From assembly GCA_963845145.1 (NCBI GenBank), contig CAWJQU010000005.1, forward strand, positions 544,001 through 608,000: DNA of 64,000 nt, read 5' to 3'. Below the pieces are notes generated by a model. It was not told the DNA's origin. It saw only the letters and a list, made by a program, of their open reading frames with translations, and did not search any database. This DNA comes from an uncultured delta proteobacterium. GTDB lineage: Bacteria > Desulfobacterota > Desulfobacteria > Desulfobacterales > QNYZ01. Positions within the stretch are counted from its first letter, which is position 1. Each line of letters opens with the position of its first letter. The translations under genes were made by a program, and so were the position numbers. Positions 30,705 through 40,879 of this stretch are shown here, piece by piece.

Positions 30705-32540
30705 CTATTTCTTTTTCCGGTTGGGACGAAGCATATGCCGCTTCTGGGCGGATAGCGTTAATTTACGCAAACGGATCGAGAGGGGCGTCACCTCAACGAG
30801 CTCGTCTTCGCGAATAAAACTGATGGCCTGCTCCAGGGTCATGGCTTTGATAGGTGAGAGCAACACATTATCGTCTTTGCCAGAGGCCCGCATATTGGTG
30901 AGTTTTTTTTCTTTGCAGGGATTGACATTGATATCCTGCCCCCGATTGTGCTCACCCACGATCATTCCCTCGTATACCGGGTCGCCCGGCACCACAAACA
31001 AACGGCCCCGGGGTTCTAAGTTGAATAAGGCATAAGCCACAGCACCGCCTTGGCGATCGGCCACGATGGAACCGGAAAACCGGCTGGGGCACTCTCCCCG
31101 AAACTCGCCGTATCCGTCGAACAGGGAGTTCATGATACCGGTTCCGCGGGTATCGGTGAGGTATTCATCCCGGTACCCGATCAGGGTGCGGGAAGGGACG
31201 GAAAATTCGATCCGGACGCGCCCTTTACCATTATTGACCATATTGGTCATATTTGCCTTGCGAAGGGACAGCTTTTCCGTCACCACCCCCATAAACTGCT
31301 CCTCGCAGTCCACCATCAGGCGCTCCAGAGGCTCCAAACGATTGCCATTTTCATAGCGGTAGATCACTTCCGGCCGTCCCACACAGAACTCAAAGTTTTC
31401 TCGCCGCATGGTCTCGATTAGAATCGCCAGTTGAAATTCACCCCGGCCTTTGACCAGGACGCTGTCCCGATCCGAGCCCATTTCTACCTGGATGGCCACA
31501 TTGAGCAGGGTCTCTTTCAGCAGGCGCTCCCGAATCCGACTGGACTGGACGTACTTGCCCTCTTTGCCGCCAAAGGGCGAATTGTTGATGGTAAATTTCA
31601 TAGAAACCGTGGGTTCGTCCACACGAATTCGCGGCAGGGCCTGCGGGGTTTCCCAATGACAAATGGTATCACCGATCTTGACGTCTTCGATACCGGCCAA
31701 AACAGCAATATCTCCGGGCTGAATCTCCTCTACCGGGATCAATTGGTTCCCTTCGTAAACCTGGAGTTTTGAGACCTTGAGCGGAACGCTCTTGTTATCC
31801 TCGGGGATACATACCAGATTGTCCCGGGCTTTGGCCGAACCGTTGAATATCTTTCCTATGGCCAGACGCCCCATGTAATCCGAATAGCCCAAATCGGATA
31901 CCAACATTTGAAAGGGCGCGTCCGGTTGATGGGTGGGACCTGGAATTTGATCAATGATGGTATCCAACAAAATATAGAGGTTTTCCCCTTTATCATCCGG
32001 GGCTTGCATGGCAATTCCATCTCGGCCCACCGCATACAATAATGGAAATTCCAGCTGTTCTTCAGAAGCATCCAGGTCGATCATCATATCGTAAATTTCG
32101 TCTAGAACATCGTCGGGGCGGGCATCCTGACGGTCGATCTTGTTGATCACCACGATAATCTTGAGCCGGGCCTCCAGAGCCTTATTGAGCACAAAGCGGG
32201 TTTGGGGTAAAGGGCCCTCGGCGGCATCCACCAACAAAATCGCCCCGTCGGCCATGGACAGAGCCCGCTCCACCTCCCCCCCAAAATCCGAATGGCCCGG
32301 TGTATCGATGATATTGATGCGGGTATCCTTCCACACGATGGAGCAATTTTTGGCCGCAATGGTTATCCCCCGTTCTCGCTCGAGATCCATTGTGTCCATT
32401 AGTCGTTCCACGGTTACCTGGTTCTCCCGGAACACACCGCTTTGGCGGAACATGGCATCCACCAGGGTGGTCTTACCGTGATCGACATGGGCGATGATGG
32501 CAATATTTCTTAAGCGTTCATTGGTTACAATACTCGACAT
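30705..32540 (-). CDS. typA: Translational GTPase TypA/BipA
   Basis: AHVDHGKTT, ERERGITI, DTPGH, NKID and C-terminal KKLTNMRASGKD. Confidence 0.98.
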   Translation of the reverse strand: MSSIVTNERLRNIAIIAHVDHGKTTLVDAMFRQSGVFRENQVTVERLMDTMDLERERGITIAAKNCSIVWKDTRINIIDTPGHSDFGGEVERALSMADGAILLVDAAEGPLPQTRFVLNKALEARLKIIVVINKIDRQDARPDDVLDEIYDMMIDLDASEEQLEFPLLYAVGRDGIAMQAPDDKGENLYILLDTIIDQIPGPTHQPDAPFQMLVSDLGYSDYMGRLAIGKIFNGSAKARDNLVCIPEDNKSVPLKVSKLQVYEGNQLIPVEEIQPGDIAVLAGIEDVKIGDTICHWETPQALPRIRVDEPTVSMKFTINNSPFGGKEGKYVQSSRIRERLLKETLLNVAIQVEMGSDRDSVLVKGRGEFQLAILIETMRRENFEFCVGRPEVIYRYENGNRLEPLERLMVDCEEQFMGVVTEKLSLRKANMTNMVNNGKGRVRIEFSVPSRTLIGYRDEYLTDTRGTGIMNSLFDGYGEFRGECPSRFSGSIVADRQGGAVAYALFNLEPRGRLFVVPGDPVYEGMIVGEHNRGQDINVNPCKEKKLTNMRASGKDDNVLLSPIKAMTLEQAISFIREDELVEVTPLSIRLRKLTLSAQKRHMLRPNRKKK

Positions 32541-32695
32541 ATATTCTTATCTCCACGATTGGATCATTGCCTGAATAAACTGGAATGGGGTAATATAGAC
32601 ATCCGTGACGGGTTTACAAGATTTTTCCCGTTTGGAGCGGAATGGGGCCGGTATTTTGCCTCGAGGGAATCATTCTTTCAAACTATCCAGTCCGA

Positions 32696-33037
32696 TTAAA
32701 CCAGGTCGAACCCTTTGACCAGCGAAGCTAGAATGTTGCGGTCTTTGGGTGATATTTCTAAAAACCGGGCACCAATGCCGGTGTAGACGGACTCATCCAC
32801 AACAATACGACCCGACCAAGCCTTCACACATGTAACAGGCATCTCTTTATTCTCAGGCGATTCGATGGTGATTTGAAAAAGATTGTCCACCTCAGGTTTT
32901 TCTAAAAACAGGAGAAGGGCTCCGTCAACACTAATGTTCCCGGTCTTGCCTTTAATAGTACCTTTTGGCGTCAGTAGAACAACCCGTAAAATCAGAGGAA
33001 CACGGAGACTGCGTCGCCGTTCAATTTGATGGGTCAT
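32696..33037 (-). CDS. PilZ-domain protein
   Basis: ERRRSLR (RxxxR) and NISVDG (N-x-S-x-x-G). Confidence 0.8.
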   Translation of the reverse strand: MTHQIERRRSLRVPLILRVVLLTPKGTIKGKTGNISVDGALLLFLEKPEVDNLFQITIESPENKEMPVTCVKAWSGRIVVDESVYTGIGARFLEISPKDRNILASLVKGFDLV

Positions 33038-33169
33038 ATGCAGGTACCACCAATTTTAATATGAGGTTCCAGAGATGTCTGCCGCGTATATTGTTGGGTA
33101 GTACAACTCTGTGTTTACATGATTTCATCTTTTTATCAAGAAGTAAGTCACCGCGACCTCATACAATGT

Positions 33170-33781
33170 TCAATCCCAATCCTCTTTTCCTTCAATTTGT
33201 AATATTTCACTCTTGCGGTTTGATAATTCTTTTCTAGCAATCACCATTGCGGTATCGGTAAAAAACCATTTTGTATATCGTTTCGACAGATATTGATAAA
33301 GCACTCTGGGTGTCAGTACCTGCCTTTCGATCTCACTTCTGAACCCGATTTTCGAAAATCGCCATAACTTGTCAGCATCTTTCACTATTTTTTCTTCTAC
33401 GCTATGGGCCTGCTTTCCCGAGTCGTGCCGCCCAATGATAACAGCGATTTTTTCCGCCAGATGGGTATCAAATGTAAAGGTTTGCAGGATCTTTTCGGCG
33501 ATAACGACACCCTTTTGCTCATGGAGCCTGTTGAGCTGTAACGCTTTTTTTCCACCTGCCCTTACACCGAATGCCAACGATATTTGTTGCGGGGTCAGAG
33601 AAGACCACCCGACATCATGCAAGATAATCGCCGGCTCGATAATTTTTTTTTCTCCCCCCTCCTTTTCCATAAGAATCCGGGCATATTCATGAGCCACTTT
33701 GGCATGCAGAATGTCTCCTCTAACCACCAGATAAGGCTCTGCAATTTTAAAGAGTTGATGAATAGTTTCAGACCATCTCAT
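33170..33781 (-). CDS. HD-domain protein
   Basis: H...ILHDVGW...HE..G...RHD...KDADKLWRF; starts 38 bp after the LysR gene on the same strand. Confidence 0.85.
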   Translation of the reverse strand: MRWSETIHQLFKIAEPYLVVRGDILHAKVAHEYARILMEKEGGEKKIIEPAIILHDVGWSSLTPQQISLAFGVRAGGKKALQLNRLHEQKGVVIAEKILQTFTFDTHLAEKIAVIIGRHDSGKQAHSVEEKIVKDADKLWRFSKIGFRSEIERQVLTPRVLYQYLSKRYTKWFFTDTAMVIARKELSNRKSEILQIEGKEDWD

Positions 33782-33818
33782 TTCGAGCCCCTGCCTGTTT
33801 GCGATTCAATAACTGCGG

Positions 33819-34709
33819 CTACCCGTTCTTTCCTTCAAGCACCTGTAAAAACGCCTGGGCGGGCGGCGAAAGATCCACGTTGCGGGGCAGGACAATATCG
33901 GTTTGAATAAGTATCGGATCTTCCTCTAGGGGAATCGGTTTAAGAAGGTTCATCTTGGTTTCCAAGTCGACTTCCGGTTTGTAGAGAAACGACAGCCCTT
34001 TTCCTTTGATCACATATTCCTTGATAAATTCAACGCTCTCCGCCTCAAGAAGCACCGCGGGCCTGACACCATGGGAACTGAGAAGAGAAAGAATGGCATA
34101 GCGTGACCCTGACCCGTCTTCCCGAATAATAATCGGTTCGTCAGCCAGTTCATGGAGGGATACACGTTTTTTACCGGCAAAAACATGATCGGGCGCCGCA
34201 ACTAGGCAGAAAGGTTCTTGGGTATAGGGTATCACCTTCAGTTTACTCCTGAAAGGCAGGCGGCCGATAATGCCCAGGTCATATTTGAATGCCATCAAAT
34301 CATCGGCGATCTCCCTGGAGCTTCCCACTTTCAGATACACTTTGACATTCGGGTGCCGCTTTTGGAAAAGGGAGAGTAGCTCCGGCATGAGATATTTGGC
34401 AAAGCTTCGGGTCGTCCCTAAAGTAAGCGACCCTTCCTTTAAATCCGCGTGGGCACGGAGCACGTATTCCATCTCCTCCACTATCTCGAAAATCCGTTCG
34501 GCATAACCAAACAGAACCCTACCGGCATTGGTTAACTCAAGGGTTCTACCATATTTTTTAAACAACTTGACTTCAAGGGTTTCCTGTAGGGACTTGATCT
34601 GCATCGTCACCGCAGGTTGAGTGATAAAAAGCATTTCAGCGGCCTTCGTAACGCTTTTTTCTTTAGCAACGAGAAAAAATGACCGAAATTGATTGAGATT
34701 GATTTGCAT
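33819..34709 (-). CDS. LysR-family regulator, divergent from the catabolic operon
   Basis: SVTKAAEMLFITQPAVTMQIKSL HTH; IIREDGSGSR in the effector domain. Confidence 0.93.
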   Translation of the reverse strand: MQINLNQFRSFFLVAKEKSVTKAAEMLFITQPAVTMQIKSLQETLEVKLFKKYGRTLELTNAGRVLFGYAERIFEIVEEMEYVLRAHADLKEGSLTLGTTRSFAKYLMPELLSLFQKRHPNVKVYLKVGSSREIADDLMAFKYDLGIIGRLPFRSKLKVIPYTQEPFCLVAAPDHVFAGKKRVSLHELADEPIIIREDGSGSRYAILSLLSSHGVRPAVLLEAESVEFIKEYVIKGKGLSFLYKPEVDLETKMNLLKPIPLEEDPILIQTDIVLPRNVDLSPPAQAFLQVLEGKNG

Positions 34710-34743
34710 ACCAAGGGCCAATATATAAGTTTTATTTGGGATT

Positions 34744-34810
34744 CATAAATATTTCTTATGTATTTATAAATTTATTTGCTTTGACATGTCAATAAAAATG
34801 GAAGCAAAAT
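34744..34810. promoter_or_regulatory. LysR box and back-to-back sigma-70-like promoters
   Basis: CATAA-N7-TTATG (34744-34760). The palindrome TTGACATGTCAA (34781-34792) gives TTGACA on both strands, with -10-like TATAAA (minus) and CAAAAT (plus) 18 bp away. Confidence 0.55.
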
Positions 34811-34956
34811 GGATTCACAAAGTCCAAGATTTACATGAAAACGCCGTAAGAAGCCATTTGTACACCAACTTCCAAATACCGACCTTCTACGAAATAAATA
34901 GGCTTCAATTGACTTTCAGCACTATCTGATATTTTCAAGTTGAGAAGGAGGAACCC

Positions 34957-36579
34957 ATGTCCGATTACGATGGAATCATCATAGGTGCAGGGCCCAACGG
35001 TCTGCTTACAGCCGCATATCTGGCCAAGGCGGGTCTGAAGATTCTGTTGTTGGAAAGAAGGTTTGAAATGGGCGGAGGTCTTTGCTCCGAGCACATCACC
35101 ATTCCGACTTTCATCCACAACACCCATGCCATCTATATGCCCATGGTAGATTATGCTCCTTTTTTTCAGGATTTTAAACATGACATGGAAGAAGTGTATG
35201 ACCTGGAGTTCATCTTCCCGGACCCTGTCATGTCGCTTTCCTTTCGCGATGGACGCTCGCTGAGCATCTATCAGAATGCGGAACGGACAGCAAAATCCAT
35301 CGCATCGTTTTCTGAAAAAGATGCTAAAACTTATGTAAACGCTGCCAAAAAATTTAAAGATTACATGGACACGTTCATCGCACCGGCCACTTATGCCGCC
35401 CCACATCCCGCGATGGAAGCCATGGTTAAGATGAAATCCCATGAGGTTGGCCGGGATCTCCAGGCAATACAGCCCATGTCGCCCAGGGCCATCGTCGAAG
35501 AACTCTTTGAGAACGAACACGTCCGGACATTTTTCCTGTATGCGTCGTGTATGTGGGGCTTGGATTATGATCTGGAAGGATTGGGTTTTCTCGTACCGCT
35601 TTATATTAACCGGGCAGCCAACTACCGGCTGGTGAAGGGCGGCACACATCACCTGGCCCATGTCATGAGCAAGGTTATTTATAAAAATGGCGGAATGATC
35701 ATTGGTCCCAAACCGGTCAATAAAATAGTCGTTGAAAACGGCCGGGCCAAGGGTGTCGAAACAGAGGATGGCTACTACTACGAAGCCAAAAAGTTTATTG
35801 TCAGCAGTCTCAATCCCCACCAGACCTTTCTGGATTTAGTGGGGGAAGAGCATCTGGAGAGCGAATTGGTCACCCGCGTAAATGACTGGAAGTGGGAAAA
35901 AACCAGCTTCTTCCATGTCCATATGGCTTTAACCGAAGCCCCGCAATTTAACGCGGTTGAAAAAAACCCCGATGTCGCCAATTCCCTGATCCATCTTTAT
36001 GGCTATGAGTCCTATCAGGAACTCATCGACCATTTTGACGCCATTCGAAATGGGCAGTTGATAGATTCCGGATTTAACAGCTGCTTTCCCACCCTCCATG
36101 ACCCTATGCAGGCCCCTGCCGGGAAGCACACCGGCTTGATCTCCCATCACGCCCCTTACAATTTGGCCGACGGAGGCGGCGATAAGTGGTATGACATCCG
36201 CGATGAGATTGCCGATCAATGCATGGCCAAGCTGAGAAATTATGTGCCCAACATCAATGAAGACACCGTCATGTGGCGCTATATCACCACACCTAAAGAT
36301 ATCCACAATAAATTTGTAGACATGCGCGAGGGGTCCTTTAAACAGGGGGCTTATCTGCCCCTGCAAATGGGGTATTTGAGGCCCAATGAACTGTGCGCTG
36401 AATATGCCACATCCATTCAGGATTTATACATTTGCGGTTCCTGCACCTATCCGGGCGGAACCATACTCATGGCCAACGGCTATAACGCAGCCAATCGGAT
36501 TGCCGAAGATTACGGCATTAAAAAATGGTGGAAAAAGCCGGACAGTATTGTCCGGGCTGAAGAACTCGGCCTGATTTAA
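34957..36579 (+). CDS. Phytoene-desaturase-like FAD oxidoreductase A (COG1233-type)
   Basis: IIGAGPNGL..AAYLAKAG...LERR...GG; C-terminal LYICGSCTYPGG...NGYNAA. Confidence 0.85.
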   Translation: MSDYDGIIIGAGPNGLLTAAYLAKAGLKILLLERRFEMGGGLCSEHITIPTFIHNTHAIYMPMVDYAPFFQDFKHDMEEVYDLEFIFPDPVMSLSFRDGRSLSIYQNAERTAKSIASFSEKDAKTYVNAAKKFKDYMDTFIAPATYAAPHPAMEAMVKMKSHEVGRDLQAIQPMSPRAIVEELFENEHVRTFFLYASCMWGLDYDLEGLGFLVPLYINRAANYRLVKGGTHHLAHVMSKVIYKNGGMIIGPKPVNKIVVENGRAKGVETEDGYYYEAKKFIVSSLNPHQTFLDLVGEEHLESELVTRVNDWKWEKTSFFHVHMALTEAPQFNAVEKNPDVANSLIHLYGYESYQELIDHFDAIRNGQLIDSGFNSCFPTLHDPMQAPAGKHTGLISHHAPYNLADGGGDKWYDIRDEIADQCMAKLRNYVPNINEDTVMWRYITTPKDIHNKFVDMREGSFKQGAYLPLQMGYLRPNELCAEYATSIQDLYICGSCTYPGGTILMANGYNAANRIAEDYGIKKWWKKPDSIVRAEELGLI

Positions 36580-36603
36580 ACCGAAGAACTCAGCCTCATT
36601 TAA
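36559..36603 (+). repeat. Tandem duplication of the gene end (24-bp period)
   Basis: GAAGAACTCGGCCTGATTTAA and GAAGAACTCAGCCTCATTTAA are 19/21 identical. Confidence 0.8.
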
Positions 36604-36618
36604 GAAGGATAAGAAGTC

Positions 36619-37041
36619 ATGAAAGTCCAATCCACCGGTCTGGGTAAAACGGTCATGCTGGCCCATTTCCAGGACCTTTTCAAAACCCGTTTCGATAACG
36701 AGCAGGTCCTGCAGATGAATATGGAATCGACAGAACCGTTGCACTGGACCATTAAAGTCTACATGGAGCCGAGGGATATTCGCAGGGCCGTTTTGATGGG
36801 GCTAAAGCCTTCTATTCTATGGAAAGCGTTGCTTGCCATTGTTTTCGGACGTTTTTCATTGTTTGGCAAAACGGCTCCTGCACCGGAAAAATCAGCAGAC
36901 GAGAAAAAAAACCTGGCTGCCGATTCTTCAGATAAACCTGCGGCTTCCGGCAATGATACAACCGGTCCGCTTTCCGCTCTTAAAAGCAGCCCGAACGACA
37001 ATAGCGATAGCCCCAATCCACTGGCAAGCCTTAAAGGGTAG
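36619..37041 (+). CDS. Small protein of unknown function between the two oxidoreductases
   Basis: AAGGA RBS; ~80-aa domain (MKVQSTGLGKT...STEPLHWTIKV) followed by a low-complexity tail. Confidence 0.75.
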   Translation: MKVQSTGLGKTVMLAHFQDLFKTRFDNEQVLQMNMESTEPLHWTIKVYMEPRDIRRAVLMGLKPSILWKALLAIVFGRFSLFGKTAPAPEKSADEKKNLAADSSDKPAASGNDTTGPLSALKSSPNDNSDSPNPLASLKG

Positions 37042-37096
37042 GCCCAAAAAGCGACATCCAGCTGGATTTATTTCTGACAATCTTTAGGAAGGAGCG

Positions 37097-38776
37097 ATGA
37101 TTATGGCCGATATGAGCTTTGATGCCGTTGTAGTTGGCGGGGGTCATCATGCAACTATTATTGCCAATTATCTGCAGAACGCCGGACTTGAAACAGGTGT
37201 ATTTGAACGACTCCACGAGATGGGGGGCGGCGCATGCGGAGATGAGTTGCCGGCGCCGGCGTTTATTCAGAACCCTTGTGCCCACTTTACACGTATGTTC
37301 GGCAATCCGGCCTACCATGATTTTAACCTTCGAGAATTTGGCCTTCACTATATTTTTCCCGAAGGCAATGAGGCCATGGTTTTCCCCGATGAAACCTGTT
37401 TTGTAGGTTACAGTGCCTTTCGCGTCATCGATCCGGATACTGGCAAAGAGGAGTTTTCCAACGAAAACTTTCAGAAAACCTATAATGAAATCTCCCGTTT
37501 TTCTAAAAAAGATGCCGACATGTACGAATGGATTACCGAGCGCTACGAAAAGAGATGGCGATCCGCCTTCAGAAAGTATCGCTACAGCCCACCGACGCCA
37601 TGGGGGGAACCAAACCCGTTAGAGGAGTTGTTTACGGATAAAAAATACGGGTTTGACCCAGTCTGGCATTATATGAACGGAATCCAGGTCGCCCGTGATT
37701 TGTTTGAGAGTCCTGAGTTGCGGTTGCTTTTCATGCGGGCCATACCGACCTCTTCGGGTTCATTTCCCATAGATGCCATGGGCGTCTACCAGGTGGTTCA
37801 CATGTTGGGGTTGGTTCTCTCTCTGGAATCGGCCTCCATTGTATCCGGCGGCACCCATGCGATCACCCATGCCCTCCAGCGCTCATTCAGTTCCATGGGA
37901 GGACAGTTTTTTGTGGAAAGTGAAGTCGACAAGGTTCTCGTTGAAGGTAACAAGGCCGTGGGCATTAAACTGGTCAACGGTGCCGAAATCGAAGCCCGCA
38001 AGATGGTTATCAGCGACCTGGGCGTACCCCAGACCATGATGCGTATGCTCCGGGACACAAAAATGGCCGACCGGCTCCTTCATCGCATTAAAAACATCGA
38101 TTACGACCGTTCCCAGATCTTCTGGGGAAATGTGGCTCTTCACGAGTTGCCAGACTACAAAGCCAAAAGCTTTAACCCCGATTTGGGAGACCAGCCCAGA
38201 CTGTATATGGGACCCAAGGATGAAGACTACATGTCCTATGGGTACATGTCCGATATTTTCAAAACCGGCATGCCCGGCCCGGGCAATATGTTCCTATTGG
38301 CTGCGGCAGACAGCATATGGGATAAAAACCGTGCGCCGGAAGGCAAACACAACATTTTGATTGAAGAGTTTGCGGCCCCACTACGCTTCTTTACCGAAAA
38401 GGAGTGGCTCAAGATGAAACGAGAAATTGTGGATCACGCCCTTAAGGACTGGCAGATCTATGCACCCAACATGACCTGGGACAACGTGATTTCACACAAC
38501 ATCCAGACGCCGTTGGATGTTAGCTACCGTCACCCGGATATGAAAGAAGGCGGTTGGGCTGAAGGTGCGATGATGCTCTCCATGCATGATCGTTTTCGCC
38601 CGACACCGGAAATGGCCAATTACCGGGTTCCCAATGTGGAGAACATGTATATCTGCTCTTCCAACCTGCACTCCTGTGGGGGGATCGGGCGAGGCAGTTC
38701 CTACAATTGTTTCAAAAAAATCGTCGAAGATTTCAATTTACCAAAAATATGGGAAGAAAAAGGAAGAGAATATTAA
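37097..38776 (+). CDS. Phytoene-desaturase-like FAD oxidoreductase B
   Basis: VVGGGHHA...FERLHEMGGG; divergent paralog of A (shared GGTH and APxGKH motifs and similar C-terminus). Confidence 0.85.
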   Translation: MIMADMSFDAVVVGGGHHATIIANYLQNAGLETGVFERLHEMGGGACGDELPAPAFIQNPCAHFTRMFGNPAYHDFNLREFGLHYIFPEGNEAMVFPDETCFVGYSAFRVIDPDTGKEEFSNENFQKTYNEISRFSKKDADMYEWITERYEKRWRSAFRKYRYSPPTPWGEPNPLEELFTDKKYGFDPVWHYMNGIQVARDLFESPELRLLFMRAIPTSSGSFPIDAMGVYQVVHMLGLVLSLESASIVSGGTHAITHALQRSFSSMGGQFFVESEVDKVLVEGNKAVGIKLVNGAEIEARKMVISDLGVPQTMMRMLRDTKMADRLLHRIKNIDYDRSQIFWGNVALHELPDYKAKSFNPDLGDQPRLYMGPKDEDYMSYGYMSDIFKTGMPGPGNMFLLAAADSIWDKNRAPEGKHNILIEEFAAPLRFFTEKEWLKMKREIVDHALKDWQIYAPNMTWDNVISHNIQTPLDVSYRHPDMKEGGWAEGAMMLSMHDRFRPTPEMANYRVPNVENMYICSSNLHSCGGIGRGSSYNCFKKIVEDFNLPKIWEEKGREY

Positions 38777-39528
38777 TGCGTTTAAAAGGTAAAGTCGCAC
38801 TCATTACCGGAGGCGCCAAAGGGCTGGGCCGGGCCTTTGCCCTAAAAATGGCCAAAGAGGGCGCTAAGGTTATGGTGGCCACGCGAAAAGATTTGGATAA
38901 TCTGAAAGAGACGGTGAAACAAGTAGAGTCCGCAGGTGGAGAAGCCGCCTGGTTTCAGGCGGATGTGGCCAGAGAAGAAGACGCCCACGCCATGGCCGAT
39001 GCCACTGTCAAAACCTTTGGCCGAGTTGACATCCTGGTGAACAATGCTGCGGTTTATGACGGCCTTAAACGAAAACCGTTTTATGAAATCGGCCCAGACG
39101 AATGGGATCTCGTTATGGCGGTGAACGTAAAAGGTGTGTTTCTGTCTGCCCGGGCTGTTTTCCCATATATGAAAGAGCAAGGATATGGGAAAATCGTCAA
39201 TTTGGCCTCCGAAGTCTTTTTTACAGGATCACACGGATTTGCCCACTATGTCGCCTCCAAGGGTGGGATTATCGGTCTGACCCGTGCCCTGGCAGTGGAG
39301 CTGGGGCCACACAATATCTGCATCAATTGTCTGGCGCCGGGCTACACGGACACTGAAGCCTCCCGGGGGCTATCGGATGTGAGTAAATACGACACGTCTA
39401 AAACCCCCCTCAACCGACTTGAAAAGCCGGAAGATTTAACCGGCGCGGCTGTATTTCTTGCCTCCTCGGAAAGTGATTTTATAACCGGCCAGACCCTTCT
39501 GGTTGACGGCGGACGTGCCATGCACTGA
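38776..39528 (+). CDS. Short-chain dehydrogenase/reductase
   Basis: TGGAKGLG, NNAA, YVASK and TGQTLLVDGG; TAATG coupling to the upstream gene. Confidence 0.92.
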   Translation: MRLKGKVALITGGAKGLGRAFALKMAKEGAKVMVATRKDLDNLKETVKQVESAGGEAAWFQADVAREEDAHAMADATVKTFGRVDILVNNAAVYDGLKRKPFYEIGPDEWDLVMAVNVKGVFLSARAVFPYMKEQGYGKIVNLASEVFFTGSHGFAHYVASKGGIIGLTRALAVELGPHNICINCLAPGYTDTEASRGLSDVSKYDTSKTPLNRLEKPEDLTGAAVFLASSESDFITGQTLLVDGGRAMH

Positions 39529-39553
39529 TGGAAACGGAATAGGGACGGGAAAA

Positions 39554-40174
39554 ATGACGGCAAAATTCATACAATTTTTCGACATCCTCTCCGGGAAAGA
39601 GGATGAGTTTAACCATTTTGCCTCGAAAAACTACATTCCCGGTATTAATGAGATGGGCCTGACCCATATCGTGGGATCATGGAATGTTGCCGCCGGCGAA
39701 GGTCCTTTCTGTGTTCTCGAGAGCACAGCCGATTCGGTAGAAAATATTCACCGTCTCCTTATTCAGGATGAATTTACAAAGCTGAACCATCTCCTCCATT
39801 TTTTGGTTACCAACTACAAAACCAAAGTTCTCGCTCCCACCGGCCATATGCCGGAACAATCCCCAAGCAATCTCAACTATCGCTTCAACCACCACTATAA
39901 CATCAATTACACCAGATATGATGAATATAACCGTTTTATAAAAAAAGAGCATATTCCAATAATGGATACGCTTGGCATTACAATAATTGGCACTTGGTAT
40001 GTGGCCATCGGCCCCGGACCCAATATTGTTGTGGAAGGTTCGTGCGCCAGTGCCAGACAAATTGTCGAATCTATCGGAACCGTTGAATATCGTAAACTAA
40101 CATCAAAGTTTTTCGATCTTGTTAGCGATTTTGGAAGCAAAATACTCGTTCCCACTGGACTGCTGAGCCAGTAA
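39554..40174 (+). CDS. Two-domain NIPSNAP/dimeric alpha-beta-barrel-like protein 1
   Basis: Internal duplication: GSWNVAAGEGP...KVLAPTG and GTWYVAIGPGP...KILVPTG. Confidence 0.65.
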   Translation: MTAKFIQFFDILSGKEDEFNHFASKNYIPGINEMGLTHIVGSWNVAAGEGPFCVLESTADSVENIHRLLIQDEFTKLNHLLHFLVTNYKTKVLAPTGHMPEQSPSNLNYRFNHHYNINYTRYDEYNRFIKKEHIPIMDTLGITIIGTWYVAIGPGPNIVVEGSCASARQIVESIGTVEYRKLTSKFFDLVSDFGSKILVPTGLLSQ

Positions 40175-40222
40175 TTTCAACGACCAGGTGGAAAAAATTA
40201 TAGTTTATAAGGTAAGTCTCCC

Positions 40223-40867
40223 ATGTCTGCAAAACTAATCCAATACTGGAACATCCGTGCCGGTTGTCAAGGTGACTTTGACGCATTTTTCGCTCAGGAT
40301 TTTGTCGCCGGGATTAATGCTACCGGCCTGATGCGAATTGTCGAATCCTGGCACACGGCATCCGGGGAGGGCCCCTACTTTCTGGTCGAAGGCGTATCTC
40401 CCTCTCTTGAAGAAGCAGAATCAATGATAATGGGAACGGTATTTTCAGAGCTTCGCCAAAAATTATTTCATCTGGTGAGTGAATACACAACCAAACTCCT
40501 TATCCCGAGAAATGGGCCGGGATCAGAGGCCGGCGAATCGTTGTCTGGCGGGGTTGAAATGGAAAAAGAGTATAAATTTACCCAGCACTTTAATATCAAT
40601 GCCGCCGATGTTTATGCCTTTGATTCATTTTTTAAAAAAACATACGCCCGGCAGATAATAAAATGGGGTATCCACCTGGTCGAAGAGTGGAACGTAGCTA
40701 TTGGCGCCACCCCTTATGTTGTGATTGAAACCCGGGCCGAGGCGCTGGGGTCCATTGGTAAAATGCTACAGAGCCAAGAATACCGTGAACTGACGACGAA
40801 ACTGCTGAATATGGTTTCTGGCTATGGTTGTAAAATCCTCATGCCCTCCGGACATCTGAACAAGTAG
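40223..40867 (+). CDS. Two-domain NIPSNAP-like protein 2
   Basis: ESWHTASGEGP...KLLIP and EEWNVAIGATP...KILMPSG. Confidence 0.65.
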   Translation: MSAKLIQYWNIRAGCQGDFDAFFAQDFVAGINATGLMRIVESWHTASGEGPYFLVEGVSPSLEEAESMIMGTVFSELRQKLFHLVSEYTTKLLIPRNGPGSEAGESLSGGVEMEKEYKFTQHFNINAADVYAFDSFFKKTYARQIIKWGIHLVEEWNVAIGATPYVVIETRAEALGSIGKMLQSQEYRELTTKLLNMVSGYGCKILMPSGHLNK

Positions 40868-40879
40868 GAGATTTGGGCC

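Noticed and set aside
34831..35820. 329-aa minus-strand ORF
   Set aside because: Antisense shadow of oxidoreductase A with no recognisable motifs.
34957..38776. Carotenoid biosynthesis
   Set aside because: No phytoene synthase, prenyltransferase or cyclase; the context is catabolic.
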